DNA of 64,000 bases from Candidatus Omnitrophota bacterium (lineage in GTDB: Bacteria > Ratteibacteria > UBA8468 > B48-G9 > DTJG01), in the NCBI GenBank assembly GCA_023819255.1, contig JAMWBU010000006.1, positions 2,902 through 66,901 of the forward strand. Reading direction: 5' to 3'. The position numbers and the translations under genes were made by a program. The notes under the pieces are model-generated. The model was not told the origin of the DNA, ran no database searches, and saw only the letters and a program-made list of their open reading frames with translations. Of the stretch, positions 55,687 through 64,000 are shown piece by piece (positions within the stretch are counted from its first letter, which is position 1; every line of letters starts with the position of its first letter).

Positions 55687-56981
55687 GAAAAGTATCTGTT
55701 ATAAGCCTTGGCTGTCCAAAAAACACAGTGGATTCCGAGAAAATGCTTGGCATTCTCGGTAGCAGCGGTTATGCAATTTCATCTATTCCTGAAGAGTCGG
55801 ATTTTGTGATAGTCAATACATGCGCTTTTATTGAGCCGGCAGTAAAAGAGGCAAAACAAATGATTGCGAACTTGAAGAAAAACAAGAATCGATACGGATA
55901 CAAACTTATTGTAACAGGTTGTTTGCCTGCCAGAGACAATCGGCTTCTTGACATCCGGGATATCGATGGAGTTATAGGCCCTTACGATATTGATAATCTG
56001 GTTGACATTCTTTCCGATATTGACGCGGGGAGAAAGATAAATGTCAAGTCCTGTTTGAGGATAACAAACTACTGCAGAATACCCAGGGTAATATCCACCC
56101 TGCCATACGCTTATCTTAAGATTACAGAAGGATGCAGCAATCATTGTTCTTATTGCACTATTCCGTCTATAAGAGGACCTCTTTTCAGTTTTCCGGAGAA
56201 AGAAATTTTGAAAGAAGCTGAATCTCTGTTTGATTCTGGAGTTAAGGAACTTATCATTGTTGGGCATGATATAACTGCTTACGGGAAGGATAGGGGCAGA
56301 GGAAATCTTTGCAATCTATTAAGAAAAATTTTGAAAATAGGTTTTCAATGGATCAGGTTGATGTATTTGCATCCATCCGGGATCACAGAAGAGTTATTGG
56401 AATTAATTAACGATAATGCCAGTATGTGCAAGTATCTTGATATTCCTTTGCAACATGTGAATCCGCGGATTCTAAAAAAAATGAACAGACCTGTATTTGA
56501 CTACAAGAAGTTGATTGAGGACATAAGAAGGGCAGTTCCGCGAGTTGCAATTCGCACCACATTCATTGTCGGGTTTCCAGGTGAAACAGAAGAAATTTTT
56601 GAGCAGTTGATAGATTTTGTCAGGACTTTTAAATTTGAAAGAATGGGTTCGTTTATTTATTATCCGGAAAAAAACACAAAAGCTTTTTTTCTGAAAAAAC
56701 AGATTCCTTTTGAAATAAAGAAAAAAAGATTTTTTGAGCTGATGAATGTTCAAAAGACAATAAGCAAAGACCTTTCCCGCTCATTTGTTGGTAAAGAAAT
56801 TGATGTTCTTGTGGAGAAAAATGGAAATGGCTGCCTTGAAGGTCGCACAGAAATGGATGCGCCTGATATTGACTGGACTGCAAAAATTTATGGAAGAGCA
56901 AGCATTGGAGATACAGTCAGAATAAAAATAATAAAAAGCTCGCCTTATTGTCTTAAAGGTACTATAATCAGGCGCAAATAA
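55683..56981 (+). CDS. rimO: ribosomal protein S12 methylthiotransferase (radical SAM, MiaB/RimO family)
   Basis: N-terminal VSLGCPKNTVDSEKMLGIL close to E. coli RimO, CSNHCSYC radical-SAM cluster, TRAM C-terminus. Confidence 0.75.
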   Translation: MRKVSVISLGCPKNTVDSEKMLGILGSSGYAISSIPEESDFVIVNTCAFIEPAVKEAKQMIANLKKNKNRYGYKLIVTGCLPARDNRLLDIRDIDGVIGPYDIDNLVDILSDIDAGRKINVKSCLRITNYCRIPRVISTLPYAYLKITEGCSNHCSYCTIPSIRGPLFSFPEKEILKEAESLFDSGVKELIIVGHDITAYGKDRGRGNLCNLLRKILKIGFQWIRLMYLHPSGITEELLELINDNASMCKYLDIPLQHVNPRILKKMNRPVFDYKKLIEDIRRAVPRVAIRTTFIVGFPGETEEIFEQLIDFVRTFKFERMGSFIYYPEKNTKAFFLKKQIPFEIKKKRFFELMNVQKTISKDLSRSFVGKEIDVLVEKNGNGCLEGRTEMDAPDIDWTAKIYGRASIGDTVRIKIIKSSPYCLKGTIIRRK

Positions 56982-56994
56982 GAATGGTCGTTAT

Positions 56995-57023
56995 TTGACA
57001 TTCATTCCTGTTATTCTTATAAT
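56995..57023 (+). promoter_or_regulatory. perfect consensus sigma70 promoter TTGACA-17-TATAAT upstream of nusA-infB
   Basis: Exact hexamers with a 17-bp spacer, about 80 nt upstream of the nusA ATG. Confidence 0.6.
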
Positions 57024-57103
57024 TAACAATAGCCAATGTTAATAAACATCCTTATGAATTAATCATTTGTGAGAATAAAAATTTGCTTGCGGAGTTCAGA
57101 GGA

Positions 57104-58270
57104 ATGAAAAAAGAACTGGTGGCATTGCTTGATTACTGGGAAAAGAACAAGGGGATATCAAAAGAGTTTTTGATAGCTTCCCTCGAAGAGGGATTGTCTG
57201 CTGTTTACAGAAAAAAGGCCATGCTTCAGGATAACATTGAAGTTAAAATAGACCCTGAAACAGGAGATATCAATTTCGTCGATGAAAACGGCAATAGTGT
57301 AACTCCTCCCTCTTTCCCGTGGGAAAGAATAGCGGCGCAGACGGCCAAACAGATACTCATTCAGAAAATTCGTGAAGCAGAAAAAGCGGCGATATACAGC
57401 GAATTCAAAAAACTTGAGAACACAATTATCTCAGGAAGGATAGAAAGGTTTGAAACCGGCAATCTTGTTATCTCTGTAGCCAGGATAGAAGCTCTTTTGC
57501 CTCAGAAACACCTGCTTCCTCGCGACAGGTTTCATCTGGGCGATCCGATAAAAGCACTTTTACTTGAGGTTCGCAAGCCGAATAAAGGAGTTTATCCTAT
57601 AATTCTTTCAAGAACCGCAACAGATTTTGCTAAAAGGTTGCTTATGGATGAAATACCGGAAATAAGGGACGGAATTGTTGAAATAAAAGCGATTGCGAGA
57701 TTTCCTGGAGATCTTACAAAGATTGCTGTGTATTCTTCGAATCCAAAAGTAGACCCTGTTGGCACATGTATAGGAGACAAGGCTAACAGGATAAAAAATA
57801 TCACAAAAGAACTGAGCGGAGAGAAAATTGAGGTTGTTAAATGGAGTTCTGACCCTGAAAAATTTACTGCCAGCGCCTTGTTACCTGCGGTATGCGAACG
57901 TGTTGTTTATGATCCGACAAAAAATGAAGCGACTGTCTGGGTGAGTAAAGACCAGCTATTTGTTGCCATAGGGAAAAAAGGACAGAATGTGAGGCTTGCT
58001 TGCAAGTTAACAGGGTGGAATATTGTGGTAAACAGAGCCGAAGGAGAAGGCCCTGCAACTTTGCTGCTGGGTATCAGCGAGGAATTAGCTCAAAAGCTCA
58101 GCGATGCTGGTTATGAGACAATTAAATCTGTGAGCGAAGCAAAATCAAAAGAGTTATCCGAAAAGATAAATATCTCTGAAGATCATGCCAGAGAACTTAT
58201 TGAGGCCGCCACCAGACAAATGCAGGATGCAGCCGGCGATAAAAAAATCGACCAAACGGAGAATGAATGA
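57104..58270 (+). CDS. nusA: transcription termination/antitermination factor NusA
   Basis: MKKELVALLDYWEKNKGISKEFLIASLEEGLSAVYRKK N-terminal domain, S1 and two KH domains. The track ORF starts at a TTG at 57083. Confidence 0.9.
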   Translation: MKKELVALLDYWEKNKGISKEFLIASLEEGLSAVYRKKAMLQDNIEVKIDPETGDINFVDENGNSVTPPSFPWERIAAQTAKQILIQKIREAEKAAIYSEFKKLENTIISGRIERFETGNLVISVARIEALLPQKHLLPRDRFHLGDPIKALLLEVRKPNKGVYPIILSRTATDFAKRLLMDEIPEIRDGIVEIKAIARFPGDLTKIAVYSSNPKVDPVGTCIGDKANRIKNITKELSGEKIEVVKWSSDPEKFTASALLPAVCERVVYDPTKNEATVWVSKDQLFVAIGKKGQNVRLACKLTGWNIVVNRAEGEGPATLLLGISEELAQKLSDAGYETIKSVSEAKSKELSEKINISEDHARELIEAATRQMQDAAGDKKIDQTENE

Positions 58271-60189
58271 GGGTTTATCAGTTTGCAAAACAGATAAAAG
58301 TTTCACCAAAAAACCTTGTTGAAATTTGTGAGAAGGCTGGAATAAAGGGTAAGACATATGTTAGTGGATTAAAAGATGATGAGATAGGTCTTATTAAGGA
58401 ATATATCAAGAAAAGCAAATTAGCCGGAAAACCTTTAATTGCAACGGGTATAGAAACAGTTGGAGAAATTGCTTCGAAACTGGGCATTTCTGCATCAGAA
58501 ATCATAAAATATCTTTCATCTCTTGATATCAAAGTTTCTATCAATGACAGAATGGGAGCTGAAAACATCAAGAAGTTTTGCGACTCTCAAGGTGTGGTTG
58601 TTGAGTTTAGGAAAACAAGGGAGAGCTATCTTCTTGGAGCAGATATAGATACGCCACAGGACCTTGTTTCCCGCGCACCGGTTGTGACAGTTATGGGACA
58701 TGTGGATCATGGTAAAACCACAATTCTCGATTTTATCCGAAAGTCCAATGTGGCAGCGAGGGAATACGGGCAGATTACACAGAAGATAGGCGCATACAAG
58801 GTACATTTGAAAGAGGGTTCCATAGTTTTCATAGATACGCCGGGTCATGAGGTATTTACGGCAATGAGAGCTCGCGGTGCAAAACTTACAGATATTGCTG
58901 TTCTTGTTATTGCCGCGGATGAAGGAGTAAAATTGCAGACAATAGAGGCCATCAATCACTGTAAAGCGGCAAGTGTCCCGATAATTGTTGCAATTAACAA
59001 AATAGACAGGCCTAACGCCAATCCTGAAGCAGTCAAGAAGAAATTGAGCGAATACGGAATTGTGCCCGAAGAGTGGGGCGGTCAGAATGTGTTTCTAAAT
59101 GTTTCTGGAGTTACGGGCGCCAACATCAATGAGTTGCTTGAGATTATTCTTCTTATGGGCGAAATGATGGAGTTGAAAGCAAATCCTGAAAGGCCTGGCG
59201 AAGGCGTTGTTCTCGAATCTTATCTTCATAAACAGAAAGGTCCGGTTATCAATCTGCTGGTTCAGAATGGAACAGTCGCCAGCGGCGATTTTTTTGTTTG
59301 TGGAAGTATCTGGGGAAAAGTCAGAGCAATGTTTGACGAGAATGGCAAGAGAATAGAAAAAGCCGGACCTTCTACTCCTGTTGAACTTCTTGGAGCCAAT
59401 TCCACGCCTGTCCCGGGAGATATGTTCAAAGTTGTTTGTTCTGAAGCAGACGCAAGAAAAATGGCTGAAGGGAGGAATAGAGAACACGATTTTTCTCAGG
59501 AAAAAGTGCAGAAGGTTCTTACTCTTGAAGACCTTCAGAAACAAATTATGCAGGGCGAAGTCAAGGAATTCAATATGATTTTGAAAACAGATTCAATAGG
59601 TTCTCAGGAAGCAATAAAAGCTTCCATTGAGAAGATAAGTCAGTCTTCTTCAGAAAAACATAATGTGTCTGTCAATTGCCTCCATTACGGGCTGGGCACT
59701 GTTAGTGAATCTGATATTCTTCTTGCGGTTTGTTCTAACGCAATTGTATTTGCTTATAATGTGGGCATTGATTCAAAGGCAGAGAAAGTCGCCAAGCAGC
59801 ACGGAATAGAAATTAAGCTTTATCGGCTCGTTTACGATCTGATAGAAGACATAAAAAATACTGTTGAGGGTATGACAAAACCAAAAGAAGTTGAGATTAT
59901 GATCGGCCAGGCGCTGGTAAAGCAGGTATTCAAAATTGGGAAAAACCAGGCAGTTGCCGGATGTCTTATTGTTGATGGTAAAGCCGTAAGGGACGCAAAG
60001 GTGAAAATTGTTCGCAATGGCAGTTTTGTTTTTGAAGGGTTCATCTCAAGTTTAAAAAGATTTAAGAATTCTGTTCGGGAGGTCGCAACAAATACTGAGT
60101 GCGGCATAGGAGTCTCGGGTTTCGGTGATTTCCAACAGGGGGACATAATTCAGATTTATCAAAAGGTTGCAGAAGGAACGACAGCATGA
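58267..60189 (+). CDS. infB: translation initiation factor IF-2 (short form)
   Basis: VVTVMGHVDHGKTT G1 motif and DTPGH. 640 aa. ATGA overlap with nusA. Confidence 0.9.
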   Translation: MRVYQFAKQIKVSPKNLVEICEKAGIKGKTYVSGLKDDEIGLIKEYIKKSKLAGKPLIATGIETVGEIASKLGISASEIIKYLSSLDIKVSINDRMGAENIKKFCDSQGVVVEFRKTRESYLLGADIDTPQDLVSRAPVVTVMGHVDHGKTTILDFIRKSNVAAREYGQITQKIGAYKVHLKEGSIVFIDTPGHEVFTAMRARGAKLTDIAVLVIAADEGVKLQTIEAINHCKAASVPIIVAINKIDRPNANPEAVKKKLSEYGIVPEEWGGQNVFLNVSGVTGANINELLEIILLMGEMMELKANPERPGEGVVLESYLHKQKGPVINLLVQNGTVASGDFFVCGSIWGKVRAMFDENGKRIEKAGPSTPVELLGANSTPVPGDMFKVVCSEADARKMAEGRNREHDFSQEKVQKVLTLEDLQKQIMQGEVKEFNMILKTDSIGSQEAIKASIEKISQSSSEKHNVSVNCLHYGLGTVSESDILLAVCSNAIVFAYNVGIDSKAEKVAKQHGIEIKLYRLVYDLIEDIKNTVEGMTKPKEVEIMIGQALVKQVFKIGKNQAVAGCLIVDGKAVRDAKVKIVRNGSFVFEGFISSLKRFKNSVREVATNTECGIGVSGFGDFQQGDIIQIYQKVAEGTTA

Positions 60190-60533
60190 GTTTGTATTGT
60201 GTATTCTGCGAAATTTCAGCAGGGAAGATGCCTGCAAAAAAAGTGTATGAAGATGAGGAAATAATTGCATTTTATGACATAAACCCTCAGTCTCCGGTAC
60301 ATCTGCTTGTTATACCTCGTAAGCATATAAGCAATTTACTCGATATCAAGCAACAGGATGCTGATTTGCTTGCAAAAATGATTATGACTGCCACAATTCT
60401 GGCTAAAAAGCATGATATTGCGGAAACAGGATACAGAATTGTGATAAACACTAATAGATATGCAGGACAGAGCATTGACCATCTCCATATTCATATTCTG
60501 GGAGGTCGAGTTATGGGGTGGCCTCCAGGTTAG
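60186..60533 (+). CDS. HIT-family (histidine triad) hydrolase
   Basis: HLHIHILGG histidine triad. ATGA overlap with infB. Confidence 0.8.
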   Translation: MSLYCVFCEISAGKMPAKKVYEDEEIIAFYDINPQSPVHLLVIPRKHISNLLDIKQQDADLLAKMIMTATILAKKHDIAETGYRIVINTNRYAGQSIDHLHIHILGGRVMGWPPG

Positions 60534-62367
<1,834 letters not shown>

Positions 62368-62368
62368 A

Positions 62369-62884
62369 ATGAATATTTATGACATACGACTTATTGCAAC
62401 TGATGTGGATGGGGTTTTAACTGATGGGAAGATTTTTTACGATGCTGATGGCAGGCAGGGAAAATTGTTCTCTATCAAAGATGGTATTGCTTTCAGAATG
62501 CTGAAAATTGCTGGATTGAAAAGCGCAATTATTTCCGGTAAGACAGCAGGTATTGTTAGAGAAAGACTTTCCGGCATAGATGTCGATTTGATATTTGAAA
62601 ATGTCGAGAATAAACTGGCCGTTATGGAAATGATATGCGGTCAAGAATCTGTTTCAATTGAAAATGTATGCTATATAGGTGATGATGCTGGTGATATACC
62701 GGTTTTGAAGAAAGTGGGTTTTTCGGTTGCGCCTTGCGATGCGGTCGAAGATGTAAAAAATGCGGTTATGTATGTCACAGGTAAAAGAGCTGGTGAAGGT
62801 GTTTTCAGGGAATGTGTGGAAATAATACTGAGAGGGCAGAACAAATGGGAAAAAACGCTGGAAAAATTATTGCAATCGCTTTGA
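62369..62884 (+). CDS. kdsC: KDO 8-phosphate phosphatase (HAD superfamily)
   Basis: ATDVDGVLTDGKIFY...GDDAGDIPVLKKVGFSVAPCDA. Start at MNIYD, since the track start at 62315 overlaps kdsD. Confidence 0.8.
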   Translation: MNIYDIRLIATDVDGVLTDGKIFYDADGRQGKLFSIKDGIAFRMLKIAGLKSAIISGKTAGIVRERLSGIDVDLIFENVENKLAVMEMICGQESVSIENVCYIGDDAGDIPVLKKVGFSVAPCDAVEDVKNAVMYVTGKRAGEGVFRECVEIILRGQNKWEKTLEKLLQSL

Positions 62885-63402
62885 CTTTGCTTGTGATTCT
62901 GTCAGGTTGCGGAAGAAAAAAATCTCCAGAAGAAATGCGAGAGACAGGTCAGGTTCTGAAAAATTTTACCATGCAATTTTTTGACACTTCGTTTTCCATC
63001 ACCCTCACCGGGCTTGCCGCAGAGAAAAATTCCGCAAATACACAGGCAACCGTTTCAAAGCCGGCCATCGAAATCAAAAGCAGAAATTTTATCGTTGAAA
63101 TCAAAACAGGGGCCAGAGGCACAGGTGAGATTTTTCTTGACCCGGAAACACAGGATGTGACAAAAATTGTAATCCAGAATAGCGTTTCAATAATTCAGAG
63201 AATTCCTGAAACAAACCAGATTAATTTTTCAGCAACCTGTGAAAGATTGACATATCTTGAAAAAGAAGGCACCATAATAATGGATGGTTCGCCGGTGGTT
63301 ACGCAGGGGACAAATCAATATGGCGCAGACCGCATTACTTATTCTTTTAAGGAAAACAAACTGAAATTTGATGGAAATGTTAAGGTCCGGTTTAACAAAT
63401 AA
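62845..63402 (+). CDS. LptC-like lipoprotein (LPS export bridge component candidate)
   Basis: Lipobox LLVILSGC-G, about 185 aa, beta-rich. Occupies the lptC position after kdsD-kdsC. Confidence 0.35.
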   Translation: MGKNAGKIIAIALTLLVILSGCGRKKSPEEMRETGQVLKNFTMQFFDTSFSITLTGLAAEKNSANTQATVSKPAIEIKSRNFIVEIKTGARGTGEIFLDPETQDVTKIVIQNSVSIIQRIPETNQINFSATCERLTYLEKEGTIIMDGSPVVTQGTNQYGADRITYSFKENKLKFDGNVKVRFNK

Positions 63403-64000
63403 AACAAAGACAACGCTTGTTGCAATTTTTCTTTTTGGTTTATTGACTGCCGACGCTGAATCGGTTCGAATATGCGTATGGGAAGGCAGTAAAAGGCCAT
63501 CTATTGAAAATTACAAAGGAAAATACAGGGGGCAACTGTCTTTTGCAAGGTGGGGCGGAAAGTATTTGATTATTAATACCATGGATGTAGAAGAATATCT
63601 TTTTGGAGTTATAGGAAAAGAAATGGAGAAGTCCTGGCCTTTTGAAGCTTTAAAAGCTCAGGCGGTTTGTTCCAGAACCCTTATTTATTACTACAAAGAG
63701 ATGGCGATAAAAAAGAAACTTCCATATGATGTTAGTGGCACGATCTATCATCAGGTTTATGGCGGAGTATCGTCTGAAAACGAGAACATCGTCAGGGCGG
63801 TTGAAGAGACAGCAAATCTTGTGCTTGCTGGACAGAACGATGAAAACGGATATAATATAGTTCCATCTTTTTTTCATGCGTGTTGCGGCGGGCACACAAA
63901 TTCCGCTTCAGGTGCGTGGGGTGGCAGATATCCGTTGCTTGAAGGCGTAGAAGATCCGTATTGTGAAGGTTCGCCATTTTACACATGGCAGCGGATTCTT
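63371..64000 (+). CDS. SpoIID/LytB-domain protein (3' end outside window)
   Basis: Frame-2 ORF opens at MEMLRSGL, with signal peptide. EEYLFGVIGKEM...ALKAQAVCSRTLIYY...FFHACCGGHT is the SpoIID/LytB signature. No stop before the window end. Confidence 0.6.
   Translation, partial: MEMLRSGLTNKTKTTLVAIFLFGLLTADAESVRICVWEGSKRPSIENYKGKYRGQLSFARWGGKYLIINTMDVEEYLFGVIGKEMEKSWPFEALKAQAVCSRTLIYYYKEMAIKKKLPYDVSGTIYHQVYGGVSSENENIVRAVEETANLVLAGQNDENGYNIVPSFFHACCGGHTNSASGAWGGRYPLLEGVEDPYCEGSPFYTWQRIL

Overview
Low-GC (about 35-38% by eye), gene-dense chromosome segment from a diderm (outer-membrane-bearing) bacterium. It is probably an uncultivated PVC/Omnitrophota-like lineage: an H-X9-DG prepilin, a dockerin module, KdsA/KdsD/KdsC/LptC, SurA and TonB-ExbBD are all present. 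Four blocks are visible. (1) 1-13224: a surface-glycan biosynthesis locus, 5'-truncated at the window edge. It holds a DegT aminotransferase, two CgeB-like proteins, a GT10 fucosyltransferase, two Wzx-like flippases, two GT2 and two GT4 transferases, and AsnB. Its content suggests a tandemly duplicated three-gene module. (2) 13.2-32.3 kb: mixed functions. These are a tiny lysine-rich peptide gene, an M24 peptidase, a GGDEF cyclase, a small oxidoreductase/aldolase/P-type ATPase cassette, a secreted dockerin-bearing multidomain protein, a peroxiredoxin, tRNA-Gln with att-like direct repeats, and a TPR-OMP-ExbB-ExbD-TonB operon. (3) 32.5-52.8 kb: one long minus-strand gene train (rbfA, argS, then ksgA-pdxA-surA). 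In its middle is a 14-kb type IV pilus / T2SS-like cluster with two PilB/GspE ATPases, PilT, PilC, about 10 prepilin-like genes and two giant GspK/PilX-like proteins. No secretin, prepilin peptidase or PilMNO/GspLM genes lie in the window. (4) 52.8-64 kb: housekeeping genes (ftsK, rodZ-like, rimO, nusA-infB behind a perfect consensus promoter, HIT, kdsA-kdsD-kdsC-lptC-like, and a SpoIID/LytB gene truncated at the 3' edge). No CRISPR, rRNA, transposase or integrase was seen. The best candidate for a novel system is the atypical dual-ATPase pilus/pseudopilus cluster with its giant acidic GspK-like and beta-helix tip proteins. Secondary candidates are the duplicated glycan module with a fucosyltransferase and the TonB-box-bearing short OMP operon.
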